Shown piece after piece: positions 1 through 8,530 of a stretch of 36,542 nucleotides of DNA. Positions within the stretch are counted from its first letter, which is position 1. Each line of letters opens with the position of its first letter. The stretch comes from a virus (taxonomy: Duplodnaviria > Caudoviricetes), in IMG/VR virus record IMGVR_UViG_3300017553_000339, positions 1 through 36,542 of that record, one strand, 5' to 3'. The notes beneath the pieces were generated by a model. It was not told the origin of the DNA. It did not search any database and saw only the letters and a list, made by a program, of their open reading frames with translations. The translations under genes were made by a program, and so were the position numbers.

Positions 1-150
1 CCTGCGGACGATCATCCCCGAAATGCCCTGCCCAAGATCAGCGGAATATACAGGGAGGCCGACCGCCGTAGCGCAAGCCAATACGTCTACGGGCGCTTCC
101 TTCATGTAGGGGCGGAAAGCCGGCAGATATTCAGGCGGGATTGCGCTCAT
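1..150 (-). CDS. ImmA/IrrE-family metallopeptidase, N-terminal part (runs off window)
   Basis: Manual translation from ATG at 150 (RBS AAGGAG): MSAIPPEYLPAFRPYMKEAPVDVLACATAVGLPVYSADLGQGISGMIVRR. The PVDV...GL.V...DL...ISG.I pattern is typical of ImmA/IrrE N-termini. The HExxH motif is not in the window. Confidence 0.7.
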   Translation of the reverse strand, partial: MSAIPPEYLPAFRPYMKEAPVDVLACATAVGLPVYSADLGQGISGMIVRR

Positions 151-281
151 ATCCCAGCTCCTTCGTTAGGTTCTTTGGGGAAGGGGATTCACCCCTCTCC
201 CACATCAGAAACTAAGCCCAGCCTGCGCTCAATGCCACCCCAAGCGCGGCTATCCCCCGCTTCATAAGCCCCTCACCCCAA

Positions 282-605
282 TCAGCCGTTTGTGCCGTCT
301 TTTAAAATGATCTTTGCCATGTCGGTTATTTGTTGCTTTTGGCTTTCAGATGCGTGGGTCCACATTTCAATCATATCATCCGACAATTTTTCAGGGTGAT
401 GATCGAGCAGAAGGCCGGGCGTGATCTTGAGTGCAGGAGCGAGTTTCCGAAGCCACTTCGCTGACAGCCCTCTCTCTCCGCTTTCCAGATATCCGATAAC
501 GCTCGCAGATGTGCCGATGGCGCCCGCCAATTCCTCAAGCGTCATCCTGCGCCGTTCGCGCCATGCCTTGAGGTAATTCGGGCCGCCATTTTTTCTCGTT
601 TCCAT
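282..605 (-). CDS. Prophage repressor, XRE-family HTH (107 aa, no S24 peptidase domain)
   Basis: LKAWRERRRMTLEELAGAIGTSASVIGYLESGER HTH; divergent from a cro-like gene. Start reassigned to ATG at 605. Confidence 0.85.
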   Translation of the reverse strand: METRKNGGPNYLKAWRERRRMTLEELAGAIGTSASVIGYLESGERGLSAKWLRKLAPALKITPGLLLDHHPEKLSDDMIEMWTHASESQKQQITDMAKIILKDGTNG

Positions 606-693
606 TTTCACATTCTGAGGAATTGCGCTGATTCGCGCCCTATCCAGATTGTGGAAATTTCCACTTGCATCGAATTCCACAATCTGTGAAATT
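604..693. promoter_or_regulatory. Immunity switch: three related operator sites and divergent promoters
   Basis: CAGATTGTGGAA (645-656) is inverted as TTCCACAATCTG (675-686), with a related site TTTCACATTCTGAGGAATT at 606-624. TTGCAT -35 box at 665-670. Confidence 0.75.
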
Positions 694-699
694 ACGGCC

Positions 700-924
700 A
701 TGGAACATTTACCATCACGCCCTTCCGCGCTTGCCGAGTTTCTTGGCATCAGTGTCTCCTATGCGCACGCGCTTTTGAAAGGCGATCGGCCTTGGTCACA
801 GCCCCTCGCCCTATCCGTGTATCGAAAGACGGGCGAAAAGATCGGCCCTATCGCCAATGCAACGGACGATGAAATCGAGGTGCTGGAAAAATTCTCCTCC
901 CCCCACCGGGGGGCGGCGTCGTGA
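700..924 (+). CDS. Cro-like HTH regulator
   Basis: ALAEFLGISVSYAHALLKGDRP HTH; divergent from the repressor; ATG at 700. Confidence 0.8.
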   Translation: MEHLPSRPSALAEFLGISVSYAHALLKGDRPWSQPLALSVYRKTGEKIGPIANATDDEIEVLEKFSSPHRGAAS

Positions 925-1238
925 GTGTGTGGCGCGTGGGCATGGAGGCGGTGTGTATTCACGAGGGGCCGTGGGGCTACGCAGACACCGGCATGATAAC
1001 GCCTATTCAGATCGAAAAGGGCGACGTTTTTACGGTCGTTGGCGTCGTAAAGATGCCCCGCGATCAGACCACATTCTGGAAGCGGACATTCGGGAAACGT
1101 ACTGCCTTCCTGCGCTTCAAATGTTTCCCGCTCACTTGGTTTGAGGCTTCTGCCTTCCGCCCAGCCCAAAAGAACAGCAGCGAAATTGCAGCGTGCATCA
1201 AGGCTTGTCGTCCTGCGCGCCAGCCGGTGGAGGCCTGA
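921..1238 (+). CDS. Hypothetical phage early protein
   Basis: Start overlaps cro stop (GTGA); operon position. Confidence 0.6.
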   Translation: MSVWRVGMEAVCIHEGPWGYADTGMITPIQIEKGDVFTVVGVVKMPRDQTTFWKRTFGKRTAFLRFKCFPLTWFEASAFRPAQKNSSEIAACIKACRPARQPVEA

Positions 1239-1472
1239 ATGACCTGCCGCGCCTGCAACCGGCCCCTCACCTGCGATTGTTACGACCTCCACGCGGCGGA
1301 CATCATCCCCCGTTCGCCGCTGGCCGGGGCTGGCGTTACCCCTCCCGACGCCAGCCCCGAATCTCTCGCACATCTCCATGAGGCGGGCGATACGACGCGC
1401 GCTTTCATTTCACCAAATTCGTTAAGTATTTCCGTTAGTTATGAGTTGTGCCAGCGGGGGACGGTTGGATGA
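1239..1472 (+). CDS. Hypothetical protein (CxxC...CxC N-terminus)
   Basis: Abuts previous stop; its stop overlaps the next start. Confidence 0.4.
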   Translation: MTCRACNRPLTCDCYDLHAADIIPRSPLAGAGVTPPDASPESLAHLHEAGDTTRAFISPNSLSISVSYELCQRGTVG

Positions 1473-1642
1473 CGCCGCCGCTTTCCGACGCCGCCCGCTA
1501 TCTCGCCGCCGCCGAAAAGGTTATCGCGACCTATGACGCGATAGGCCGCCACCGCGCTCTGTCCGACACCGAAAGCGCCACGCTGGAACGAGCAATCAAG
1601 CGCGCCGATTACTGGCGCGGACTGGTGGGGGCGAAGGCATGA
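1469..1642 (+). CDS. Hypothetical phage protein
   Basis: ATGA overlaps at both ends. Confidence 0.55.
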   Translation: MTPPLSDAARYLAAAEKVIATYDAIGRHRALSDTESATLERAIKRADYWRGLVGAKA

Positions 1643-1809
1643 AGAGCATCCGCCAATGGCTCGCCCGGCGTCGTCTGGCGCGGATCAAGACCCGCACCGA
1701 GGCCGCGAACGCCTCGTGGAGCATCAATCGCAACCGTCAACTGTCGTCTGCCCGTCGCGCTCATATCGCGGCGCTGGTGGACGGTATCAGCAAGAGGAAA
1801 CAAGCATGA
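1639..1809 (+). CDS. Small basic hypothetical protein (56 aa, not in ORF track)
   Basis: MKSIRQWLARRRLARIKTRTEAANASWSINRNRQLSSARRAHIAALVDGISKRKQA; ATGA overlaps at both ends fill the operon gap. Confidence 0.6.
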   Translation: MKSIRQWLARRRLARIKTRTEAANASWSINRNRQLSSARRAHIAALVDGISKRKQA

Positions 1810-2042
1810 GCGAAGCCACCGACCCGCGGCTCCTCCAATATGTGGAAAGAGCCGAGCGCCTGATCGAAGAGCGCAAGGGCATCAACGACGATCTCCGCGA
1901 CGTGTTCGCAGAGGCGAAGGCCGTAGGCCATGACGCGCCCACGATGAAGTGGGCCATCAAGGAACGCGCCATCGACAAGCGGAAGCGCGAAGAGCGCGAT
2001 GCACTGCGCGAGACCTATGGCGCACAGCTCGGCTTGTTTTAA
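1806..2042 (+). CDS. gapR: GapR-family (DUF2312) DNA-binding protein
   Basis: RLLQYVERAERLIEERKGINDDLRDVFAEAKAVGHD...ERDALRETY matches the GapR pattern; RBS GAGG. Confidence 0.9.
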   Translation: MSEATDPRLLQYVERAERLIEERKGINDDLRDVFAEAKAVGHDAPTMKWAIKERAIDKRKREERDALRETYGAQLGLF

Positions 2043-2062
2043 CCACCACGAAAGGAAGAAAG

Positions 2063-2473
2063 ATGGAAAATCCTCTCGCAATCGCAGGCGGCGTGGCGCT
2101 GCTTCTCGTGGTTACTGTAGGCGGCGGCCTCGGATCGTGCGCGGCCTATAATAGCATTCGCGTCTGGAATGCTACGACCGCCGGTGAGGCAGAATTGGCG
2201 CAGGCGACGCAGAACCGGAAGATCAAGACGCTTGAGGCTCAAGCTAAGATGGAGAGCGCGAAATATGAGGCGCAGGCGGAAGTCGTCCGCGCCGATGGTG
2301 TCGCGAAAGCCAACAAGATTATCCAGCAAAGCTTGGGCGGGCCTGAGGGTTATCTCCGATATCTGCAAATCCAAGCGATAGACGCGAAGGACGCGCAGCT
2401 GATTTACGTGCCGACTGAAGCCGGATTGCCCATGCTCGAAGCATCCCGCCTGCATCCGGCCCCGGCCAACTGA
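2063..2473 (+). CDS. Membrane-anchored coiled-coil protein, SPFH/prohibitin C-terminal-like
   Basis: N-terminal TM helix; RADGVAKANKII.SL...YLRYLQIQ...LIYVPTEAGLP motif. Confidence 0.7.
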   Translation: MENPLAIAGGVALLLVVTVGGGLGSCAAYNSIRVWNATTAGEAELAQATQNRKIKTLEAQAKMESAKYEAQAEVVRADGVAKANKIIQQSLGGPEGYLRYLQIQAIDAKDAQLIYVPTEAGLPMLEASRLHPAPAN

Positions 2474-2523
2474 CCTGACCGGAGCGCGGCCCTCACCAGC
2501 CGCGCCGAGGATCAGATCAGATC

Positions 2524-2727
2524 ATGAGCGACGAACCGAAATGGATAGAATTTCCGAAACTTTACAGGACGAAAGCTTACCCGACCGACAAGGAACGGAT
2601 CATAATCGTGCGCTTTCGCAACGGTCATGTGACGCGACCGGAGCCGGTCAAGAACTGGCGGTGGTGGAGGTATCCGAGCCAGACGGAGCCGTGTCCGTTC
2701 GACATTGTGGCGTGGCGGGAAGCATAG
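2524..2727 (+). CDS. Hypothetical phage protein
   Basis: VRFRNG...WRW...FDIVAWR small phage-type protein; RBS GAGG. Confidence 0.65.
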   Translation: MSDEPKWIEFPKLYRTKAYPTDKERIIIVRFRNGHVTRPEPVKNWRWWRYPSQTEPCPFDIVAWREA

Positions 2728-3059
2728 AGTTGCCGTGGCCCCCCTCCGAACTTTCCGGCCACAATAATGGTGGCTGGCAGGGTAAGTCCCCTGTCGTAAA
2801 AAAACATCGGCAATGGGCCTGTATGGCGGCGAAAGCGGCAAATATCGCGCTGCCGGGCGATGGCGATATCCATCTGACGATCCGGTTCTATCCGCCCGAT
2901 AACCGCAGCGACCGCGTGAATTTCCCAAATCGGTTAAAACCATATTTCGACGGGCTGGCTGACGCTTGGGGCGTCAATGATCGGCGGTTTTTGCCTGAGT
3001 ATAAATTCTATGCGCCGCGCAAGGGTTATCCGGCTGTCGTGATTGAGGTGATGGGGTGA
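2712..3059 (+). CDS. RusA-like Holliday junction resolvase
   Basis: IELPWPPS.LS.N...ITFYPPD-like segment...DRVN...LKPYFDGLADAWGVNDRRF; lies before the replication gene. Confidence 0.75.
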   Translation: MAGSIELPWPPSELSGHNNGGWQGKSPVVKKHRQWACMAAKAANIALPGDGDIHLTIRFYPPDNRSDRVNFPNRLKPYFDGLADAWGVNDRRFLPEYKFYAPRKGYPAVVIEVMG

Positions 3060-3790
3060 GTATCCGCCTGCTTTCTGCCGCGTGGGATCTAGACATCCCC
3101 AGCACCGAAAAGATGGTGCTCATGTGTCTATGCGACCACGCCAATGATGATGGCGTATGCTGGCCGTCCGTGGAGACACTTTGCCGCAAGACCAGCAAAG
3201 GTGAGCGCACCGTGCAATCCGCCCTCAAGTGGTTGGCAGAAAACGAGTATTTCACCTTCCGGGATGGCGAACACAAGGCCCGGACCTATTATCTCGACCC
3301 CCGAAAAATCTGCGCCCCACCCCCGCAAAATCTGCACCCCGCAAAATCTGCACCCCGCAAATCTCGCACCCCGCAGATTTTGCAGGATACCCCCGCAGAT
3401 TCTGCGCCCCACCCCCGCAAATCTCGCACCCAAACCCCCATAGAACCACCAATGAACCTATCGGTAGCTAAAGCTACCTCTAAGCGCGCGCGAGAAAAAT
3501 CGGGTTTCATTTTGCCGGATTGGGTCCCGGCTGATGCTTGGGAGGCGTTCCTCGAAATGCGTCGGGGGATCCGAAAGCCTCTCACTGATCACGCCAAGCA
3601 ACTGGCTGTGAACAAACTCGGCCAACTGGCGCGGGACGGCCATCCACCCGGCGAAGTGCTCAACCAGAGCACGATGAACTGTTGGCAAGGACTTTTTGAG
3701 ATCAAGGAAAACAAGCATGGCAACCAATATTCAGGCCGCACATATCGGGACACCAGCGACGGCGGTAGGCCTAGCGGTTGGCTCGGTTGA
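3056..3790 (+). CDS. Phage replication initiator (N-terminal wHTH, lambda O-like layout)
   Basis: EKMVLMCLCDHANDDGVCWPSVETLCRKT..GERTVQSALKWL; internal iteron array; C-terminal LPDWVPADAWEAFLEMR domain. Confidence 0.9.
   Translation: MSIRLLSAAWDLDIPSTEKMVLMCLCDHANDDGVCWPSVETLCRKTSKGERTVQSALKWLAENEYFTFRDGEHKARTYYLDPRKICAPPPQNLHPAKSAPRKSRTPQILQDTPADSAPHPRKSRTQTPIEPPMNLSVAKATSKRAREKSGFILPDWVPADAWEAFLEMRRGIRKPLTDHAKQLAVNKLGQLARDGHPPGEVLNQSTMNCWQGLFEIKENKHGNQYSGRTYRDTSDGGRPSGWLG
3297..3433 (+). repeat. Iteron array, probable phage replication origin
   Basis: About 7 copies of a ~16-nt unit CCCCGCAAAATCTGCA inside the initiator gene. Exact 21-nt repeat TCTGCGCCCCACCCCCGCAAA at 3309 and 3401. Confidence 0.85.
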
Positions 3791-4316
3791 CGACTTCGAG
3801 GTCCGTCTCTTCACCAGCACAAGGCCGACAAAATGGGATGACCCGGAGGGCTTACAGGCTTGGAGAGCCGACATGATCGAGCGTGCTGGGGACCTATCCC
3901 GGCGTCGGTTCATCCTCGCCCGCCGCATGACCCCGCTCAAAGATGTGGAGCCGGACTGCAATGGCGAGCTTTCCAAGCAGGCCGGCGATATTCTTCGCCC
4001 CATCGGCGCGAAGATTGCACCCCAGCTTTCGTCTGAACAGGCTACCGCATGGCGGAAGGCCGTCGTTCTGGCGCTGTCCGACCTCCCGCCAGACGTGATG
4101 ATTCTCGCATTGCGTGATGCCATCCACACCCCGATGAAATTTCTCAATGAGGTGGAAGAGGCTGTCCGCGCCAAAGCGAGCATCGGCGTCAATCGGCTGA
4201 ATGTGGCGGCATCAAAGCTGAACGATCTGCTGCCGCGCGACATTGAGCCGGTTCGCCTTATCGCGCCGTCTGTCGGTGCCGATCTGGCCAGTCGAATTTT
4301 GGCAGGCGCTGCATGA
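3717..4316 (+). CDS. Hypothetical replication-associated protein (helicase-loader position)
   Basis: Directly follows the initiator; ATG at 3717 with RBS AAGGA. Confidence 0.6.
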   Translation: MATNIQAAHIGTPATAVGLAVGSVDDFEVRLFTSTRPTKWDDPEGLQAWRADMIERAGDLSRRRFILARRMTPLKDVEPDCNGELSKQAGDILRPIGAKIAPQLSSEQATAWRKAVVLALSDLPPDVMILALRDAIHTPMKFLNEVEEAVRAKASIGVNRLNVAASKLNDLLPRDIEPVRLIAPSVGADLASRILAGAA

Positions 4317-4350
4317 CCATGGTCCGCCAGATTTTGAAGGAGGAAGCCGC

Positions 4351-4602
4351 ATGACCCCGACCTACAACTACCTCGAATGCGGGGGAGCCTTTGAGGAAAA
4401 GCAGCTCGACCCGGATACTGTGCGGGCCTGTATCGATGCTTTGACCGCCCTGCTTCCGGCGCCCGATCTGGTGGCAGAAGAGCCGTCACTCGATGTTGTT
4501 CAGGGGGTGATGCAGTCGGCTATCGAGCAAGAGCGGTACCCCGTGTCGAGGTCTATGGCCGCCGCATTCATCGCAGCCATGAGGCTCTACAAGAATGGCT
4601 GA
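4351..4602 (+). CDS. Hypothetical protein
   Basis: Strong RBS AAGGAGG before ATG at 4351. Confidence 0.6.
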   Translation: MTPTYNYLECGGAFEEKQLDPDTVRACIDALTALLPAPDLVAEEPSLDVVQGVMQSAIEQERYPVSRSMAAAFIAAMRLYKNG

Positions 4603-4774
4603 CCGTGGCCGTCCCCCTGCTACCCGCGCCAGAGTGCTGAACTACTGGCGGAAACATGGGCCCTGTCCTGTGAGACAGGTTTGCCGCGCAACCGGCGCTG
4701 AACGCAGCTATGTGCGTCGGCTGTTCCGGCAAGAGAATATCGACACGGCTATTTTTGCCCCCGTCCCAAGCTGA
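4595..4774 (+). CDS. Small HTH protein (59 aa, below ORF-track cutoff)
   Basis: MADRGRPPATRARVLNYWRKHGPCPVRQVCRATGAERSYVRRLFRQENIDTAIFAPVPS; overlaps the upstream stop. Confidence 0.7.
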   Translation: MADRGRPPATRARVLNYWRKHGPCPVRQVCRATGAERSYVRRLFRQENIDTAIFAPVPS

Positions 4775-4800
4775 AATTTATGCTGTAAATGGTTGGCCCC

Positions 4801-5124
4801 ATGAGCACTGGGCAACCTCAGATTAAAAATCAGAAAAAATCGAGGGTTGGTGGTGCTCGGCCCGGCGCAGGCCGTCCAAAAGGCGCTCAGAATAAAGCCA
4901 CAGCCTCGATCCGCGAGATAGCGCGGCAATATACCGATGACGCGGTAAAAGCGCTCGTTGACGTCCTGAAGGATGATACAGCCCCGCGCGCTGCTGTTGT
5001 CGCGGCGGCGAACTCAATCCTCGATCGCGGCTATGGCAAGCCTGCTGTTGTGGTTCAGGGAGACGAGGACGGCGGGGCAATTCGGGCGGTGGCGCGGATC
5101 GAGATCGTCGGGGTCGCGCCATGA
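4801..5124 (+). CDS. terS: Terminase small subunit
   Basis: GGARPGAGRPKGAQNKAT...AANSILDRGYGKP; immediately upstream of terL. Confidence 0.8.
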   Translation: MSTGQPQIKNQKKSRVGGARPGAGRPKGAQNKATASIREIARQYTDDAVKALVDVLKDDTAPRAAVVAAANSILDRGYGKPAVVVQGDEDGGAIRAVARIEIVGVAP

Positions 5125-6419
5125 CGACTGCCCAGGTCCAGATGCCCGCGAAATTGGCGCCGGTTTTCAGCGGTGAGGCCGATGTGCGCGGCGCTTATGG
5201 CGGTCGAGGCTCTGGCAAGACGCGGACCTTCGCGAAGATGGCGGCGGTCCGTGCTTACAAGTTGGCGGCGGAAGGTCGAAGCGGCATCATCCTGTGCCTG
5301 CGGAAATTCATGAACAGCCTCGCTGATTCCTCACTTGAAGAACTGAAGGCGGCCATCCGAGAGGAAGATTGGCTCCTGCCGCATTTCGATATTGGCGAGA
5401 AATATATTCGCACTGCTTCGCATTTGGCAGGCCGGGTGGATTTCACCTTTGCGGGCCTCGATCGCAATGTGGACAGCATCAAATCCAAGTCCCGCATTTT
5501 GCTGGCATGGATCGATGAAGCCGAGCCTGTCCCGGAGCAATCATGGGTCAAACTGATACCGACCGTCCGCGAGGAAGGCTCTGAGGTTTGGGTTACGTGG
5601 AACCCGGAGACCGAGCGCAGCGCCACCCACAAACGCTTCCGCGAGCAAATTTCCGACCGCATGAAGATCGTGGAGATCAACTGGCGTGACAACCCTTGGT
5701 TCCCCGCCAAGCTGGACCGCGAGCGCCTCGACGATCTGGAGCTTCGCCCTGATAGCTACCAGCATATCTGGGAGGGTGATTTTGTCCGCGCTCATGAGGG
5801 CGCCTATTACGCCAAGCATCTGACGCAGGCGCGGGCTGACAATCGCGTGTGCCGGGTCGCGGCGGACCCGCTCATGACCTTGCGCGCGGTCTGGGACATC
5901 GGCGGTACCGGCGCGAAGGCGGACGCGACGGCGATCTGGATTGTCCAGTGGATCAGCAAGGAAATCCGCTTCCTCGATTATTACGAGGCGGTTGGCCAAC
6001 CGCTCGCGATGCATATCCAGTGGCTGCGCTCGAACGGCTATGAGGCCGCGCACTGCATCCTGCCGCACGATGGCGCGGCTCACGAGAAGGTCTATCAGAC
6101 GACCTATGAGGGATCGTTGCGGCAGGCTGGTTTCGCGGTCGAGGTCATCCCGAACCAAGGCGCAGGCGCAGCAATGCAGCGGATCGAGGCTGCGCGCAGG
6201 CTTTTCCCGCAAATGTGGTTCGACGCGGAGAAATGCGCGGGCGGGCTGGATGCCATCGGCTGGTATCACGAGAAACGCGACGAAGAGCGCGGTATTGGTC
6301 TTGGCCCAAAGCATGACTGGTCCAGCCATGGTGCGGACGCATTCGGCCTTGTTGCCGTCGCCTATCGCGAGCCGAAATCAGCCCGCCCAATCAATTACAG
6401 CAGCAGAGGTATCGTATGA
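5121..6419 (+). CDS. terL: Terminase large subunit (PBSX-type)
   Basis: YGGRGSGKT Walker A, WIDEA Walker B, TWNP, WDIG, LPHD and HDWSSHGADAF nuclease motifs. Confidence 0.95.
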   Translation: MTTAQVQMPAKLAPVFSGEADVRGAYGGRGSGKTRTFAKMAAVRAYKLAAEGRSGIILCLRKFMNSLADSSLEELKAAIREEDWLLPHFDIGEKYIRTASHLAGRVDFTFAGLDRNVDSIKSKSRILLAWIDEAEPVPEQSWVKLIPTVREEGSEVWVTWNPETERSATHKRFREQISDRMKIVEINWRDNPWFPAKLDRERLDDLELRPDSYQHIWEGDFVRAHEGAYYAKHLTQARADNRVCRVAADPLMTLRAVWDIGGTGAKADATAIWIVQWISKEIRFLDYYEAVGQPLAMHIQWLRSNGYEAAHCILPHDGAAHEKVYQTTYEGSLRQAGFAVEVIPNQGAGAAMQRIEAARRLFPQMWFDAEKCAGGLDAIGWYHEKRDEERGIGLGPKHDWSSHGADAFGLVAVAYREPKSARPINYSSRGIV

Positions 6420-8530
6420 CCGTCCCTGACGTCGAATTGATGACGGGCGCGACCGTCGATAGCGAGACGAGTGTAGATATGTCGGGCCTTGCGACATTTC
6501 TACGCGATGAGGAGGATAAGTCTTATGACAGCGACTTGTCAGCTGAGCGAGCGAATGCGCTGGACTTCTACAACGGCGAACCTTTCGGCGATGAGGAAGA
6601 GGGCCGGTCGCAGGTCGTAACCCGTGACGTTGCAGAGGTTATTGATTATGCGACCGTGTCAATCCTGCGCACGATGGTTTCAGGCGACACGGTGGTTGAG
6701 TTCTGCCTTCCGGACAAAAATCTGGCGAAGGTTGTAGAGGCAGCGCTCAACCATGAATTTTTCCAAGGGCAGGATGGCTATCGCGTTCTGCATGACTGGA
6801 TCAAGGCAGGGCTGCTGGAAAAGACCGGCATGGTCAAGGTCTGCGTCGAGGAGCGCCCGCCTGTGCGACGTGAGGCTGTTCTATCGGCTGATGAGCTTGC
6901 CGCTGCGAACGTCGAGTTCATCGCCTCCGCGCCGATGGACGAGGCAGGCGAGCAGTGGTCTGTCGCGTGGCTGGAACCGCAGCCGCCGATCTTCCGCGAC
7001 TATTTCACCCCGAACGAGGAGGTGCTGATAGCGCAGGACGCGCGCGACCTTGACGACGACTGCCTCTATGTCGCGTTTCGGATGCCGCGCACGATCAGTC
7101 AGATTGCGGAAATGGGCTATGGCACAGATGGCCTCGAAAGCGATTACCCATACGATCAGGACGGCCTTGCGACGGCGCGCAATGGCTCTGTGCAAAATGG
7201 CTGGAACGATGGCGACTATCGCACTGGTGCGAACCGGCGCGTCTGGCTCCTCGAAGAATATGCGCGCTATGACCTCGATGGCGACGGGGTGGCAGAGCTT
7301 CTCAAGGTCCACCGCGTTGGCGGCCGCATCCTTGATGTCGAAGTGATCGATGAGCAGCCGGGCGTCGTGTTCTGCCCATTCCCCATGCCGGGCAGGATCG
7401 TCGGCCAGTCGCTTGCCGACAAGGTGATGGACATCCAGCGCACGCGCTCGGTCCTCATGCGTCAGGGTCTTGATAATCTCTATCAGGCCAACAAGCCGCG
7501 TTGGGCTGTGGCAGAAGGCGCGTTGGGCGATACAACTATTGATGATCTATTGGCCTCGCCAATAGCAGGCGGGATTATCCGCCATGCCGGAGCGACCCCG
7601 CCGCAGCCGATTAAACTGCCTGATGTTTCTGGCTCCTCGTTCCAAATGATGGAGGTGTTGGCCGGAGAGCGCGAGAGCCGCACCGGCATCACGCGGATGA
7701 ATCAGGGCCTCGACGCCGACGCGCTCAACAAGACTGCGACTGGCACGGCTATGATGCAAGCGGCAGGCCAGCAGATCGAAGATTACATGGCGCGCAATTT
7801 CGCTGAGGCGTTCGCGCGGCTCATGCTCAAGAAATATCGCCTCATGCGCCAGTTCGGCGGCCCGATGGAAGTTATGGTTGATGGCGAGCTTGTGCGGACA
7901 GACCCTCGCCAGTGGCCGGATGGCGTCAATGTGCGCGTGCGCGTTGGTCTTGGCACCGGGCGGAAAGATCAGCGGCTTCAGGCGCGCCTCACCCTCCTGC
8001 AACTGACGCAGGCGGTGGAGAGCAGCGGCGCCGACATGCAGTTGTTCACGCCGGAGAATATCTACAATCAGCTCGTCGGCGTCATCGAGGACAGTTCTTT
8101 GGGTGAAGTGAGCCAATATATCACCGACCCGAAAAACATGCCGCCCGAACCGGAAAAGCCGAACCCCGAAATGCTGAAAATGCAGGCGGACGCTCAGATT
8201 GAGGCGGCGAGGGTCGAGAACGACGCGAAAAAGGCTCAGGGCGAGCAGATGCTCAAGGCGCAGCAGATGCAGATCGACGCGCAGATGAAGCAGCAGAGCC
8301 TTGAATATGACCTGCAAGCCAAGCGTGAAAAAGCCGCGCTCGATGAGCAGTTGCAGCGCGAGAGGGCGACATTTGAAGCGCAGTTGGCCCTGCGCACGCA
8401 GGAGTTTGAAGAGCAGATGGCCCTGCGCCGGATGGCTTTCGAACAGGAGGTTGCGGCCAAGAAAGCTGCAAGCGACGAGGGCGACGGCGATTTGCCGAAG
8501 AAGCGCCCTGGTGGGAGGTTAGATGTTTAA
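6416..8530 (+). CDS. Portal protein (P22-like, C-terminal barrel coiled coil)
   Basis: Follows terL; RESRTGITR.NQG...LNKTATG motif; long Q/E/A-rich C-terminal helix. Confidence 0.92.
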   Translation: MTVPDVELMTGATVDSETSVDMSGLATFLRDEEDKSYDSDLSAERANALDFYNGEPFGDEEEGRSQVVTRDVAEVIDYATVSILRTMVSGDTVVEFCLPDKNLAKVVEAALNHEFFQGQDGYRVLHDWIKAGLLEKTGMVKVCVEERPPVRREAVLSADELAAANVEFIASAPMDEAGEQWSVAWLEPQPPIFRDYFTPNEEVLIAQDARDLDDDCLYVAFRMPRTISQIAEMGYGTDGLESDYPYDQDGLATARNGSVQNGWNDGDYRTGANRRVWLLEEYARYDLDGDGVAELLKVHRVGGRILDVEVIDEQPGVVFCPFPMPGRIVGQSLADKVMDIQRTRSVLMRQGLDNLYQANKPRWAVAEGALGDTTIDDLLASPIAGGIIRHAGATPPQPIKLPDVSGSSFQMMEVLAGERESRTGITRMNQGLDADALNKTATGTAMMQAAGQQIEDYMARNFAEAFARLMLKKYRLMRQFGGPMEVMVDGELVRTDPRQWPDGVNVRVRVGLGTGRKDQRLQARLTLLQLTQAVESSGADMQLFTPENIYNQLVGVIEDSSLGEVSQYITDPKNMPPEPEKPNPEMLKMQADAQIEAARVENDAKKAQGEQMLKAQQMQIDAQMKQQSLEYDLQAKREKAALDEQLQRERATFEAQLALRTQEFEEQMALRRMAFEQEVAAKKAASDEGDGDLPKKRPGGRLDV

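Noticed and set aside
1419-1436. CtrA box in an AT-rich patch (TTAA...TTAG)
   Set aside because: Spacing is 9 nt instead of 7 and the second half-site is imperfect.
2509-2526. GATCA tandem repeat before the 2524 gene
   Set aside because: Only three short units; no evidence for phase variation.
3297-3433. CRISPR-like array
   Set aside because: Units are adjacent with no unique spacers, lie inside a CDS, and there are no cas genes.
4677-4698. Similarity of GGTTTGCCGCGCAACCGGC to the minus strand near 19503-19521
   Set aside because: Needs a 2-nt gap, and this copy is explained as coding sequence of the small HTH gene; likely chance.
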